From Sphingobacteriales bacterium (GTDB lineage: Bacteria; Bacteroidota; Bacteroidia; Chitinophagales; CAIOSU01): a stretch of 64,000 bases of DNA. Position 1 is the first letter of the stretch. The number at the start of each line of letters is the position of its first letter. Of the stretch, positions 10,326 through 20,669 are shown in pieces. Made by a program: the position numbers and the translations under genes. The stretch covers positions 38,406 to 102,405 of the forward strand of contig JAIXOI010000006.1 of assembly GCA_027486795.1 (NCBI GenBank), written 5' to 3'. The notes beneath the pieces are model-generated. The model was not told where the DNA came from. It was given only the letters and a program-made list of their open reading frames with translations, and made no database searches.

Positions 10326-10427
10326 GTTGGTTGATCAGTTATTTGTTATCGGTTATTGGTTAAAAATCAATATCATTCGTAATAACCAGTTACCTATCAA
10401 CCAATAACCTATTAACCAATAACTAAT
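10326..10427. repeat. Inverted pair of degenerate heptamer arrays (ATTGGTT)n / (AACCAAT)n
   Basis: Left arm ATCAGTT ATTTGTT ATCGGTT ATTGGTT; right arm AACCAGT..AACCAAT AACCTAT..AACCAAT AACTAAT; about 22-bp spacer. Confidence 0.8.
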
Positions 10428-10439
10428 CCCCCACCCACT

Positions 10440-11435
10440 TTGGAAAACTTCGTTGATTATGTAAAAATCCTGTTCCGGTCGGGTCACGGCGGGGCTGGCT
10501 CTGTGCATTTTCACCGAGACAAATTGTCTGCCAAAGGTGGTCCTGATGGAGGAAATGGTGGTCGTGGCGGTAATATTGTTCTGAAAGGTAACGCCCAACT
10601 ATGGACTTTACTACATTTAAAATACCGCAAACACATATATGCCGATGATGGTGTAAATGGCTCATCGACCTTGATGACAGGTGGTAGTGGTAAGGATATA
10701 ATTATTGAGGTACCGCTGGGCACTATAGCAAAGGACGCCGAAACTGGCGAACACTTGGCCGAAGTAATTGCCGATGGACAAGAAATAACCCTTTATGGTG
10801 GTGGACGAGGCGGTTTGGGCAATGCCCATTTCAAATCGGCTACGCAACAATCGCCGCGCTATGCCCAGCCTGGAGAAGATGGTATTGAAGCTTGGACAGT
10901 ATTGGAGCTGAAAGTACTTGCTGACGTTGGTTTGGTTGGTTTTCCGAATGCGGGTAAATCTACTTTGCTATCAGTATTAAGTGCCGCTAAGCCTGAGATT
11001 GCTGATTATCCATTTACTACCCTTACCCCACAGCTGGGTATAGTGGGTCATTACAATAACCGCTCGTTCATCATGGCCGATATACCGGGCATTATTGAAG
11101 GCGCGCATTTGGGTAAAGGTATAGGTCACCGCTTTTTGCGACACATTGAGCGTAACTCGTTGTTGCTATTTATGATTCCTGCCGATACCGCGGATATTAA
11201 GAAAGAATACAAGATATTGAAAAACGAGTTGAAACAATTCAACCCCGACCTTTTGGATAAGGATCATATATTGGCTATTACCAAGAGTGATTTGCTTGAC
11301 GAGGAACTTAAAAAGATGCTGAAAGTAACCTTACCACGTAAGGTTGAGACAGTGTTTATCTCGTCGCATACCAAAGAAGGACTTGATAAATTGAAAGACC
11401 TACTCTGGACCAAGCTTACCGACACGCCTGCATGA
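10440..11435 (+). CDS. obgE: GTPase ObgE (TTG start)
   Basis: [42 protein letters not shown]. Confidence 0.97.
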   Translation: MENFVDYVKILFRSGHGGAGSVHFHRDKLSAKGGPDGGNGGRGGNIVLKGNAQLWTLLHLKYRKHIYADDGVNGSSTLMTGGSGKDIIIEVPLGTIAKDAETGEHLAEVIADGQEITLYGGGRGGLGNAHFKSATQQSPRYAQPGEDGIEAWTVLELKVLADVGLVGFPNAGKSTLLSVLSAAKPEIADYPFTTLTPQLGIVGHYNNRSFIMADIPGIIEGAHLGKGIGHRFLRHIERNSLLLFMIPADTADIKKEYKILKNELKQFNPDLLDKDHILAITKSDLLDEELKKMLKVTLPRKVETVFISSHTKEGLDKLKDLLWTKLTDTPA

Positions 11436-12385
11436 GCAAGTTTGCCAATACTCCGCTTGATGCACCCTCAATTACTACTGCAACCACCGACGGGCAACCA
11501 ACAGTAGTGCACTGGTCGCTAATATTGTTGTTATCAATGCTTTGGGGTAGCTCATTTATCCTCATGAAATTCGGGTTACAGGCATTTACCTTTACCCAAG
11601 TTGCCAGCTGGCGTTTGTTTTTGGCTTTTTTGGTTTTGTCGCTGTTTTGGTTGCGTATTTCATTCAAAGCAATTACCCTTAACGATTGGAAGTATATACT
11701 GGTTGTTGCCTTATTCGGAAGTGGCATACCACCGTTTTTGTTTACCCTTGCACAAACGCATATACCAAGTGCTATAGCAGGTGTGCTCAATGCCCTTACT
11801 CCGTTGGGTACCATTTTCATCGGCGCATTGCTTTTTAGCAATCGGTTTAATAATAACCAAATTGCGGGAGTGGTAGTGGGGCTTTTGGGCGCGGTGCTTA
11901 TCATGTTCCTTCGTGCCGATGGCAATTTCGAGGGAAATTACCTGTACAGCTTACCAATAGTATTTGCCTGCCTTTGTTATGGCATTGGCGCTAACACTAT
12001 CAAAAATAAGCTGCAACATCTTTCGCCTATAACCATTACCACTGCGGCATTTACCCTTATTGGTCCTCCTGCGGGTATTTATTTATGGTTGAGCGGCGCT
12101 TTTACTCAAGTTGCCACTGATACGGCATCGCAGCAAGCATTGGGTTACTTAACCATACTGGGCGTATTGGGCACGGCATTTGCACTTTTAATGTTCAACT
12201 ACCTTATCAAGAGCGTGAGCGCGCTATTCGCATCTACGGTTACTTACCTTATGCCCATAGTATCTATCGGTTGGGGCTATTACTTCGGCGAAGCGCTAAG
12301 TTGGGTGCACGGCGTTGGTATGGCTCTTATCTTGGCAGGCGTGTGGCTAACGGGGAGGAAGAAGACTTCTTCTAGTATCAAGTAG
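11432..12385 (+). CDS. DMT/EamA family transporter
   Basis: About 10 TM helices; [27 protein letters not shown]. Confidence 0.9.
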   Translation: MSKFANTPLDAPSITTATTDGQPTVVHWSLILLLSMLWGSSFILMKFGLQAFTFTQVASWRLFLAFLVLSLFWLRISFKAITLNDWKYILVVALFGSGIPPFLFTLAQTHIPSAIAGVLNALTPLGTIFIGALLFSNRFNNNQIAGVVVGLLGAVLIMFLRADGNFEGNYLYSLPIVFACLCYGIGANTIKNKLQHLSPITITTAAFTLIGPPAGIYLWLSGAFTQVATDTASQQALGYLTILGVLGTAFALLMFNYLIKSVSALFASTVTYLMPIVSIGWGYYFGEALSWVHGVGMALILAGVWLTGRKKTSSSIK

Positions 12386-12518
12386 TGAGTATCAAGTATC
12401 AAGACCAAATGTGTCTTGTTCTAATAGTGCATGGAGCAATATTATTTAAGTTTTCTTGAACTCACATTGTACTAATCCAATTTCTCAACTTGATACTTGA
12501 TACTTGATACTTGATACT
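12374..12518. repeat. Inverted pair of heptamer arrays (AGTATCA)n / (TGATACT)4
   Basis: AGTATCA AGTAGTG AGTATCA AGTATCA at 12374-12401; four perfect TGATACT at 12491-12518; about 90-bp spacer. Confidence 0.9.
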
Positions 12519-13096
12519 CAAGCATATCTCAAATCAATACTGAACTTCTCGGGGTGGCGAGGAGCTATGGTTTTGTAGAATGCCATAATCTCGCGCAAGT
12601 CCTTGTCCATATCGCCACTCGGGTGAATTATTTTGCCCACGCCCGCTTTCTTCTTTTTATAATCTAAGTACCCTAAAGCAATGGGCACACCAGCCTTTAC
12701 AGCTACATGGTAAAATCCGGTCTTCCATTCGGTGCGCAGGGCGCGAGTTCCTTCAGGCGTAACCGCTAGGGTAAGACGCGGGTTGGCTTTAAACAAATCA
12801 ACCATAGCATCAACCATGCTTACGCGCTCGGTGCTGCCGGTTTTGGGGCTACGGTCAATCCATATCGCACCCATACTTTCAATAATACGGCTAATGATTG
12901 GGTAATTGCTCCATTCTTTTTTAATGGTAAATCTGATTTTGATTCCCAATAAATCAAATGTGCCCATCATGTATATCAAGTCCCAGTTGCTGGTATGCGG
13001 GGCAGCTATAATTACACAGTTGTGCACCTCCTCGGTCATACTAGCGTCGTCAAACTCCCAATTCTTAAACTTAAACCAAGCGGCATAAATACTCAT
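12518..13096 (-). CDS. Acyltransferase, PlsC-like
   Basis: APHTSNWD (HX4D), IDR, TPEGTR, WKTGFY. Confidence 0.9.
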   Translation of the reverse strand: MSIYAAWFKFKNWEFDDASMTEEVHNCVIIAAPHTSNWDLIYMMGTFDLLGIKIRFTIKKEWSNYPIISRIIESMGAIWIDRSPKTGSTERVSMVDAMVDLFKANPRLTLAVTPEGTRALRTEWKTGFYHVAVKAGVPIALGYLDYKKKKAGVGKIIHPSGDMDKDLREIMAFYKTIAPRHPEKFSIDLRYA

Positions 13097-13229
13097 AATA
13101 GTAAAGTGTGTAGCGGTTGAGGTGCAAAGTTAAGTTAATTTTGACCCACGATAGATAATAATAGGGTTTATAAGGAGCGTAACTAAACTATTGCCACTCG
13201 TTTTATTAATCCGTATCTTTGCCGAAATT

Positions 13230-13652
13230 TTGAGTAAAGTGGTGTACTTAACACGCAAAGAGCATTTTAACGCGGCGCACAAGCTATACAATGATAGCTG
13301 GAGCGAGGAGAAGAACTGGGCTGTATTTGGCAAATGTGCCAATGCCAATTGGCATGGGCATAACTATAACTTGTATGTAACGGTAAAAGGCAAACCCGAC
13401 CCCGAGACCGGTTTTATAATCAACGTGAAGGACTTGAGCCGCATTATAAAAAATGAGGTAGTGGATCAACTCGACCATAAGAACCTAAATATGGACGTGC
13501 CTTTTTTGCAAGGTAAAATGGCTAGCACCGAAAATTTGGTGATTGTGATTTGGGAGCGATTGGAACTGCATATTGCTAAACATGGTTGTGCATTACACAG
13601 CATTAAACTATACGAAACCGAGAATATTTACGCTGAGTACTTCGGGGAATAA
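13230..13652 (+). CDS. queD: 6-carboxytetrahydropterin synthase / PTPS
   Basis: FNAAHKL, FGKC...HGHNY, LDHKNLN, STEN, YETE. Start refined to TTG 13230 because -7 box TATCTTTG is at 13214-13221. Confidence 0.9.
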   Translation: MSKVVYLTRKEHFNAAHKLYNDSWSEEKNWAVFGKCANANWHGHNYNLYVTVKGKPDPETGFIINVKDLSRIIKNEVVDQLDHKNLNMDVPFLQGKMASTENLVIVIWERLELHIAKHGCALHSIKLYETENIYAEYFGE

Positions 13653-13660
13653 CTACCATT

Positions 13661-14281
13661 ATGCATCACGACGACGACGACCACCACTCATACCAAAAAC
13701 TGGATAGCTATAACCCTGAAACAACGGCGTTTATTGCGGAGCGAATTGGCAATATAATTACCTCTTTGGGTGAGGATGTGCAACGCGAAGGCTTATTAAA
13801 AACCCCTGAAAGGGTTGCCAAAGCGTACCAGTTTTTGACGCATGGTTATAGTATAGATCCTAAACAGGTTTTGGAGTCGGCGATATTTGATGAGTACCAT
13901 AGCGAAATGATTATCGTTAAAGATATTGAGTTGTACTCACTTTGCGAGCACCACATGTTGCCGTTTTTTGGCAGAGCCCATGTAGCCTACATACCCAATG
14001 GAAAAATTGTAGGCTTGAGCAAAATACCGAGAGTGGTAGATATTTTTTCTCGTCGTTTGCAGGTGCAAGAGCGTCTTACCGTTCAAATTCGCGATTGCAT
14101 AAATGAGGCATTGCATCCACTGGGTGTAGCCGTTGTTATTGAAGCCAAGCACCTTTGTATGATGATGCGCGGCGTCGAGAAACAGAACAGCGTAACCACT
14201 ACTTCGGCTTTTGTTGGCGAATTTGAGAAACAAGCCACCCGTCAAGAGTTTATAAACTTGCTATCGGCTAAGTTGTCTTAA
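13661..14281 (+). CDS. folE: GTP cyclohydrolase I
   Basis: [44 protein letters not shown]. Confidence 0.97.
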   Translation: MHHDDDDHHSYQKLDSYNPETTAFIAERIGNIITSLGEDVQREGLLKTPERVAKAYQFLTHGYSIDPKQVLESAIFDEYHSEMIIVKDIELYSLCEHHMLPFFGRAHVAYIPNGKIVGLSKIPRVVDIFSRRLQVQERLTVQIRDCINEALHPLGVAVVIEAKHLCMMMRGVEKQNSVTTTSAFVGEFEKQATRQEFINLLSAKLS

Positions 14282-14366
14282 GAAACACCCGTTTTAGAAA
14301 AACAAAGACACCCTTGCAGCAGGCCCGCTTCCCGCCGCAAAGGCATCCTCGTCAATTATAGTTATC

Positions 14367-15752
14367 TCACACCAATGTGGCATTGGCACTTACGGTTAAG
14401 GTGCTATCCAGCTCGTTAAGGGCTTGGTTTATCTCAGCATCAGTAAGGTCATGGTCAACCAAATTGCCAGCCAAATATTGCTCATAGGCCGATAGGTCGA
14501 AATGCCCGTGCCCGCAAAGATTGAACAGAATGGTTTTAGCCTCGCCAGTTTCCTTGGCTTTTAGCGCTTCGTCAATTACGGTAGCAATAGCATGGTTGGC
14601 CTCGGGCGCAGGCAGTATGCCTTCGGTGCGCTCAAATAGCAACCCAGCCTCAAAGCATTTGCTCTGCTGCACCGCCCTTGCCGATATCAACTTATCTTTC
14701 AACAATTGGCTTACTATAACCCCAGCACCGTGGTAGCGTAATCCGCCTGCATGTATACTTGGTGGCACAAAGTTATGGCCCAGCGTATACATCGGTATTA
14801 GCGGCACCATACCCACGGTATCGCCAAAATCATAACGGAATTGGCCCTTGGTAAGCTTGGGGCAAGAGGTAGGCTCTACGGCAATGCACTCCACTTTTTT
14901 GCCTTGGGTAAGGTTGAGGTGCAAAAACGGAAAGGCTATGCCCGCAAAGTTGGAGCCACCGCCAAAAGGTGCAATGACCATATCTGGAAAATCGCCAGCA
15001 ATTTCCAATTGTTTGATGGCTTCTTGGCCAATAATGGTTTGGTGCAATAGCACATGGTTGAGCACGCTGCCCAGGGAGTATTTTACATGGTCGTTTTTCA
15101 TGGCCACCTCCACGGCTTCAGATATGGCAATACCTAAGCTGCCTGTTGAGTCTGGGGTTTTGGCCAAAATCTGCTTGCCGCTTTCGGTTTGGTTACTCGG
15201 CGAAGCAATCACCTTGGCCCCGAAGGTGTTCATCAATACCTTGCGGTAGGGCTTGTGCTCATAGCTCAACTTTACCATGTACACTTCCAAAGCAATGCCA
15301 AAATGCTGGCAGGCAAAGCTCAGCGCACAGCCCCATTGGCCCGCGCCAGTTTCGGTGGTTATGTGGGTTACGCCCTCCATTTTGTTGTAATAGGCTTGCG
15401 GTATAGCAGTGTTAGGTTTATGCGAACCGGTAGGGCTTACGCCTTCGTATTTGTAGTATATTTTGGCGGGTGTACCCAGTGCTTTCTCTAGGTTGGTGGC
15501 CCTGATTAGTGGGGTAGGGCGGTAAATTTTGTAAAGCTCTTGTACTTCCTCGGGTATCTCAATGTACCGCTCCGTTGATACTTCTTGCTTTATCAATTCC
15601 ATAGGAAATAAGGGTGCCAAGTCTTCGGGCCCTAAGGGTTGCTGCGTTACAGGGTGCAGGGGCGGCATAGGCTTGTTGGGCATGTCGGCCAAAATATTGT
15701 AATAGTGGGTGGGCATTTCACTTTCGCTGAGGTGGATTTTCTTGCTTTTCAT
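14367..15752 (-). CDS. trpB2: TrpB-like PLP enzyme (TrpB2 type)
   Basis: [54 protein letters not shown]. Likely start ATG 15752 (MKSKKIHL). Confidence 0.93.
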   Translation of the reverse strand: MKSKKIHLSESEMPTHYYNILADMPNKPMPPLHPVTQQPLGPEDLAPLFPMELIKQEVSTERYIEIPEEVQELYKIYRPTPLIRATNLEKALGTPAKIYYKYEGVSPTGSHKPNTAIPQAYYNKMEGVTHITTETGAGQWGCALSFACQHFGIALEVYMVKLSYEHKPYRKVLMNTFGAKVIASPSNQTESGKQILAKTPDSTGSLGIAISEAVEVAMKNDHVKYSLGSVLNHVLLHQTIIGQEAIKQLEIAGDFPDMVIAPFGGGSNFAGIAFPFLHLNLTQGKKVECIAVEPTSCPKLTKGQFRYDFGDTVGMVPLIPMYTLGHNFVPPSIHAGGLRYHGAGVIVSQLLKDKLISARAVQQSKCFEAGLLFERTEGILPAPEANHAIATVIDEALKAKETGEAKTILFNLCGHGHFDLSAYEQYLAGNLVDHDLTDAEINQALNELDSTLTVSANATLV

Positions 15753-15873
15753 GGGATGATTGATTGTGGGTTGAACAGAAATTAACGCAGGCATGGTTTT
15801 GAAACCTATACGGGCATTGGGTTGTATAATTTATTGTCGATAAAAAAGTAAGGGAACCATAGCTGAAAGGGGG

Positions 15874-15914
15874 AAAAGAAAAAGGGATACTCGGTGCGAC
15901 CGACGTATCCCTTT
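15874..15914 (-). terminator. Attenuator terminator upstream of trpB2
   Basis: Minus strand reads AAAGGGATACGTCGG-TCGCA-CCGAGTATCCCTTT followed by a U-rich tract. Confidence 0.8.
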
Positions 15915-15944
15915 CAGCTTATGGGTTTGAAAAAGGTAATAACG

Positions 15945-16010
15945 CTACGAGGCCGCTTGGACTTGCCAAACGCGCCACCGATTGTTACGTTGTACCTTTT
16001 GATTGTTCAT
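15945..16010 (-). CDS. Putative Trp leader peptide MNNQKVQRNNRWRVWQVQAAS
   Basis: 21-aa ORF with two Trp codons, ending 30 nt before the terminator hairpin and upstream of trpB2. Confidence 0.75.
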   Translation of the reverse strand: MNNQKVQRNNRWRVWQVQAAS

Positions 16011-16107
16011 GATGCAAGTATAACGACGAAATTTGGAAACTAGGTAGAATATACTTAGATATATTTTATTGTAATAAGTTTTAAGCTGATTTCTATTATT
16101 TTGCCCA

Positions 16108-16147
16108 ATTAACCAATAATAAATCAACCAATAACCAATCAACCAAC
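16108..16147. repeat. Degenerate (AACCAAT)n array, single arm
   Basis: attaaccaataataaatcaaccaataaccaatcaaccaa, next to the stop codon at 16153; same unit as 10326-10427. Confidence 0.6.
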
Positions 16148-16152
16148 GCAAA

Positions 16153-17043
16153 CTAGAAATTCACGTAGCGGGCATAGGTGCTCAATGGCAATTGCCTGCC
16201 TGCTTTATCAGTAAGGTATAACTCACCATATTCTGTTTTGCGAACATTGAAAACGGTCTTCACCAAATTGTCAGCAATAAGCGACGAGAAGCCCATGCTG
16301 TATAGGTTCAGTATCACAAACGACGGCTGCGGCAACATCAATGCTTGGCACTCTTTCAGCAACTCCATTATACTCTCTTCCAACACCCATTTTTCACCTT
16401 CGGGTCCGCGCCCATAGGCAGGAGGGTCAAGGATAATGCCGTTGTATTTTTTGCCACGCTTCACCTCACGTTTCACAAACTTAAGCGCATCCTCCACCAT
16501 CCAACGGATGTTGTCTAAATTGCTCGCTATCATGTTTTCTTTACTCCAGTTAATCACTTGTTTGATGGAATCGACGTGCGTAACATCGGCACCCGCAGCC
16601 TTGGCGGCCAACGAGGCACCGCCCGTATAAGCAAACAAATTCAGTACTTTATATTCCATGCTACCCGCGTATGGCGAAGCGGCATCGTATATAAAATCCC
16701 AATTGGTGGCTTGCTCCGGGAAAATGCCTACGTGTTTAAAGGCAGTCAATCCCAATCTAAAACGCAGGTGCATTTTAAGGTATTTATACTCCATAAACCA
16801 TTGCTCAGGCATGCCCGTTTGCAAAATCCACTCGCCACGCTCAAGGTCCGCTTTTTGGTCTTTGCCTGCTTTTTTGAAGTAGGCATGTGCAGCTTGCCAA
16901 ACCTTTTCGGGCTGGGCTTTTTCCCAAACCGCTTGTGGCTCGGGGCGGCGCAAGGTATAGGCCCCAAAGCGCTCCAGTTTCTCAAAACCTCCGGTATCAA
17001 TCAATTCGTAATCGGCCCATGGGCGTGGGGTAAGTAGCTGCAT
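16153..17043 (-). CDS. Class I SAM-dependent methyltransferase, RlmI/RlmK-like
   Basis: YELID.G..EKLERFG, RPEPQAVW, FKHVGIFPEQ, VLNLFAYTG, ILDPPAYG. Confidence 0.85.
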   Translation of the reverse strand: MQLLTPRPWADYELIDTGGFEKLERFGAYTLRRPEPQAVWEKAQPEKVWQAAHAYFKKAGKDQKADLERGEWILQTGMPEQWFMEYKYLKMHLRFRLGLTAFKHVGIFPEQATNWDFIYDAASPYAGSMEYKVLNLFAYTGGASLAAKAAGADVTHVDSIKQVINWSKENMIASNLDNIRWMVEDALKFVKREVKRGKKYNGIILDPPAYGRGPEGEKWVLEESIMELLKECQALMLPQPSFVILNLYSMGFSSLIADNLVKTVFNVRKTEYGELYLTDKAGRQLPLSTYARYVNF

Positions 17044-17199
17044 GGGTGCAAAGATAGTTGTTTTGGTGGATGGGCTATAGTCGAATGGTACCTGCCTGCC
17101 GCAGGCTGGGGTGGGGGTAAAATACGGGCGGGCTCTTGAAATTATAGTACGTTAAAAGCGAAATGCCAACCCCAATTTTAAATTTTAAATTTTGAATTT

Positions 17200-17919
17200 T
17201 CAATTCACTCGGCTCCCCACAAAAGTCCTCAAGATAGGCGCGCGCCAGGTAGGTTGTGCGTGAGAAGATACCGAAGTGAAACCCGTAGCTTTCATCTTAG
17301 CTTCCAGCTCCTTAGGGCCGAGGAAGTTGAGTACGCTCTTAATAAGGTAGCTGAAAATGTTGGTTTCGCCAGTAGTGATAAAGCTGATGGGTAGGATGAA
17401 TATATACCCTAATATCCACCAATAAGCTGCAGAGTACCAAGTGTCGCTTAACGAATAATCATGTATTACCAACTTGCCATTGGGCTTCAACAGCGGCAGT
17501 AGTTGTGCCAACGATTTATCGTAATCGGGCATGTTGCGCAGTCCGTAGGCCATAAATATAGCATCAAAGCTTTCGCGTTCAAAATTTAGCTTCATGGCAT
17601 CTTGCAACTGCAATTGCAGTTTCCCTGCTTTTATCTCGTTGGCAAATTTCTCGCCAGCTACATACAGCATTTCCTCTGAGTTATCTACCCCAGTTACTTT
17701 CCCAGTAGTTATGTAGGGTAGCACCGCCCCCGTGCTTTTGCCCGTGCCGCAGCAAAGGTCAAGTACTGTTTCGTTACCCTGTAGTTGCAGGAACGAGGCA
17801 CTGCGATTTAAATCGCTTTGGTAGCCTTGGCTTAGGCCAGTGGCCATATCATAGCGGCGGGCTATTTTGTTAAACTCTTTGGGTACAGCAACTTTATTTT
17901 CGATAAGCGATTGAGACAT
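17200..17919 (-). CDS. UbiE/MenG-like SAM methyltransferase
   Basis: F..IARRYD, VLDLCCGTG, GVDNSEEML, AYGLRN, LKPNG; likely start ATG 17919. Confidence 0.8.
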   Translation of the reverse strand: MSQSLIENKVAVPKEFNKIARRYDMATGLSQGYQSDLNRSASFLQLQGNETVLDLCCGTGKSTGAVLPYITTGKVTGVDNSEEMLYVAGEKFANEIKAGKLQLQLQDAMKLNFERESFDAIFMAYGLRNMPDYDKSLAQLLPLLKPNGKLVIHDYSLSDTWYSAAYWWILGYIFILPISFITTGETNIFSYLIKSVLNFLGPKELEAKMKATGFTSVSSHAQPTWRAPILRTFVGSRVN

Positions 17920-18095
17920 GATGCAAATGGTTGTTTTGAACAATGGCAACAAAGGTAGGAACAAAAGGTTTTAGGTGGTTACTGGTGTATTAGTTAATTG
18001 GTTATTGGGTGCTTGCCAATGCAAGGTGGTATGGTAAAAGGCGGGTTGAAGATGGCCCGCAATATCATTTGTGTTATAACATTTGAGTTACCTCC

Positions 18096-18130
18096 ATTTT
18101 CAAATTCCCGAATTTTCAAATTTTCGAATT
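18096..18130. repeat. Octamer array (ATTTTCAA)n
   Basis: ATTTTCAA ATTCCCGA ATTTTCAA ATTTTCGA ATT. Confidence 0.7.
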
Positions 18131-18211
18131 GAAAAGGCTATTTTTACGAGTCGAAGCAGGTCGGCAATCAATAGCCGCAGCGCAGCGTTTTAATAATTGG
18201 AGAAACATAGC

Positions 18212-20020
18212 ATGGCAGATAGCAAGGTATTATTGGAAGTGAAGGATCTGATAACCGAATTTCGCACGGAAGACGGCGTAATGACCGCGGTAAACAAAAT
18301 CAGTTTTACCCTAAACCGTGGCGAAACCATCGGTATTGTGGGCGAATCGGGTTCGGGTAAATCGGTTACCTCACTCTCTATCATGCGATTGATACCCAGC
18401 CCTCCGGGCCGTATTGCCGGTGGACAAATTATCTATCACCACAAGGAGAAGGGTCCAATTGATTTGGTAGCCCTTACCGAAAAGGAGATGCGCGAGTTTC
18501 GTGGTAACGAGATTTCGATGATTTTTCAAGAGCCAATGACGTCGCTAAACCCAGTGTTTACCTGTGGCGATCAAGTGGCGGAGGCTATTATGCTGCACCA
18601 AAAAAAGAATAAAACCGAGGCGCGCCAAATGACCTTGGATTTGTTTAAGAAAGTACAACTGCCTAGGCCGGAGAAGATTTTGGATGCTTACCCGCACCAA
18701 ATTTCGGGCGGACAGAAGCAGCGCGTTATGATTGCCATGGCCATGAGTTGCAACCCAGGCATACTGATTGCCGATGAGCCAACAACTGCCTTGGACGTAA
18801 CCGTGCAGGCTACCATTCTTGATTTGATGCGCGAACTGCGCGACGAGATTGATACTTCTATCATCTTCATTACGCACGATTTGGGTGTGATAGCCGAAAT
18901 TGCCGACCGTGTGATAGTGATGTACAAAGGTGATATTGTGGAGCAAGGGCCGATTAAGGACATCTTTAGCAACCCACAGCACCCGTATACCAAAGGCTTG
19001 TTGGCTTGCCGCCCGCCTTTGGAAAAACGCTATAGCGAGTTGCCTACCATTGCCAATTTTATGGGTAAGGACGAAAATGGCAAATTGATTGAGCTGCAAA
19101 GCAATATTGAGGAAGTAATTGCGCGAGTGACCATTAGCGACGAGGTACATAGCCAGCGCTTGGTAGAGTTGAAGAAGCAAGAGCCGCTGTTGCAAGTGAA
19201 AAACCTGTGCACTTGGTTTCCGAGTACGAAAAACTTTTTTGGCAAAACCATTGATTACGTAAAGGCCGTTGATAATATTTCGTTCGATGTTTACCCAGGC
19301 GAAACGCTAGGGTTGGTGGGCGAGTCGGGTTGTGGTAAAACTACCACAGGCCGCAGTATTTTGCGCCTGGCCCCAGTTACTAGTGGCGAGATTATTTATA
19401 AAGGCCGCAACATACTCAATGTTTCCGATTCGGAGATGAAGGCGTTGCGCGAGGAAATGCAAATCATTTTCCAAGATCCATACAGCTCGCTGAATCCACG
19501 TATGACCATCGGCGGCGCCATTATGGAGCCGATGCAGGTGCACGGCATCTATAACAGCGATAAAGAACGTAAAGAGCGTGTAGAACATTTGCTGGATACG
19601 GTGGGTTTGCCGGGTGCGCACTTTAGCCGCTACCCGCATGAGTTTAGCGGTGGCCAGCGCCAACGTATTTGTATTGCCCGCGCCTTGGCCCTAAACCCTA
19701 GCTTTATCATTTGCGACGAATCGGTATCGGCATTGGACGTATCGGTGCAAGCACAGGTGTTGAACTTGTTGATTAAGCTTCGCGAGGAGTTCAAATTCAC
19801 GTATATCTTCATTTCGCATGACCTTTCGGTAGTGAAATTTATGAGTGACCGCATGGTGGTGATGAACAAGGGCAAGATTGAGGAAATGGGACCTGCCGAT
19901 AGCATCTACAACAACCCGCAACAAGAATATACCAAAGGTCTCATCAGTGCCATCCCTAAGGGCCGCATTGAAGACATTGAGCGCCGCATAGCCGAAAGGC
20001 ACGCGGGAGTTGGGGCATAA
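18212..20020 (+). CDS. Peptide/nickel ABC transporter ATPase with two fused nucleotide-binding domains (GsiA/YejF-like)
   Basis: Two GESGxGKS/T Walker A motifs, [12 protein letters not shown] and [20 protein letters not shown] and DESVSALD; no permease genes adjacent. Confidence 0.93.
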   Translation: MADSKVLLEVKDLITEFRTEDGVMTAVNKISFTLNRGETIGIVGESGSGKSVTSLSIMRLIPSPPGRIAGGQIIYHHKEKGPIDLVALTEKEMREFRGNEISMIFQEPMTSLNPVFTCGDQVAEAIMLHQKKNKTEARQMTLDLFKKVQLPRPEKILDAYPHQISGGQKQRVMIAMAMSCNPGILIADEPTTALDVTVQATILDLMRELRDEIDTSIIFITHDLGVIAEIADRVIVMYKGDIVEQGPIKDIFSNPQHPYTKGLLACRPPLEKRYSELPTIANFMGKDENGKLIELQSNIEEVIARVTISDEVHSQRLVELKKQEPLLQVKNLCTWFPSTKNFFGKTIDYVKAVDNISFDVYPGETLGLVGESGCGKTTTGRSILRLAPVTSGEIIYKGRNILNVSDSEMKALREEMQIIFQDPYSSLNPRMTIGGAIMEPMQVHGIYNSDKERKERVEHLLDTVGLPGAHFSRYPHEFSGGQRQRICIARALALNPSFIICDESVSALDVSVQAQVLNLLIKLREEFKFTYIFISHDLSVVKFMSDRMVVMNKGKIEEMGPADSIYNNPQQEYTKGLISAIPKGRIEDIERRIAERHAGVGA

Positions 20021-20076
20021 TTTTTGAATTGAAAATTTAAGATTCAAAATTTAAAATTGTCTCGAAGCAGGTAAGT

Positions 20077-20108
20077 CCCTCTCCCTCTGGGAGAGGTTAG
20101 GTGAGGGG
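20077..20108. repeat. REP-like palindrome CCTCTCCC-TCT-GGGAGAGG-TTAGGTGAGG
   Basis: 8-bp perfect stem with a purine-rich tail, shape typical of REP sequences. Confidence 0.6.
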
Positions 20109-20197
20109 GTAGTTTAAGTAGCTGGTTACTTGCGGGTTGCGGGTTTGAAATGCCACGATAGAAAGGCATAAACATTTGTAATGTTGTGCTGCTGAGT

Positions 20198-20346
20198 TGT
20201 GTCATGGTGAGCGGAGTCGAACCATCCGCAATATGTACACATAACACTTGTAAAAAAAATCAGCTTAATTTCCCAAAAACAGAACAGCGTTTTGCCACCT
20301 ACATTATGGATGGTTTCTCGTTTCAAACGAGACTCACCATGACACA
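20198..20346. mobile_element. 149-bp MITE/REPIN-like element
   Basis: Perfect 14-bp terminal inverted repeat TGTGTCATGGTGAG / CTCACCATGACACA and inner IR AACCATCC / GGATGGTT; no ORF. Confidence 0.65.
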
Positions 20347-20473
20347 TCCGGTACGCCCAGTACTTTAAGTTAATTAGGCTTGGAGGGGGTAATGGCCGAG
20401 GGATGAATTTTGAAACGCGGCTAATCCAACAATCGAAATAGAAAACCCCTCACCATCGACTATCGACCATGGA

Positions 20474-20569
20474 CTACTCAACCCCCAACTCCCCAAACCT
20501 CTTCTTCCCTTTTGCAAAAAACTGCCAAAGGATACTATTGTGATAAAGGCCCTCGGTGTTGGCCGTTTT
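20474..20569 (-). pseudogene. Displaced duplicate 3' end of the glycosyltransferase gene at 22409-23470
   Basis: Translates KTANTEGLYHNSILWQFFAKGKKRFGELGVE*, versus KTANTEGLYNKSILWQFFVKGKKRFGELGVGNNHIKSFD* in the intact gene; 80 of 90 nt identical by hand count. Confidence 0.92.
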
Positions 20570-20669
20570 GCATTCAGATAGTTTATACCCTCATTCTTGG
20601 AAAGATTTTTTTTCAATTAAATTATCCAATGTAAATGTAATTGAATAAATTGCTTAAAATATTGGGTTC

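Noticed and set aside
10353-10598. ORF with [10 protein letters not shown] repeats (a similar case is 55066-55317)
   Set aside because: Antisense to a conserved gene; the periodic peptide comes from the heptamer arrays
15945-16151. 68-aa ORF
   Set aside because: The N-terminal part (WLIGYWLI) is translated AACCAAT repeat; only the last 21 codons are a credible leader peptide
17091-17109. CCTGCCTGCCGCAGGCTGG short palindrome
   Set aside because: Resembles a REP-like repeat but is a single imperfect copy in this window
20374-20616. 80-aa minus-strand ORF
   Set aside because: It reads the duplicated glycosyltransferase end and repeat DNA out of frame; the meaningful frame is 20474-20569
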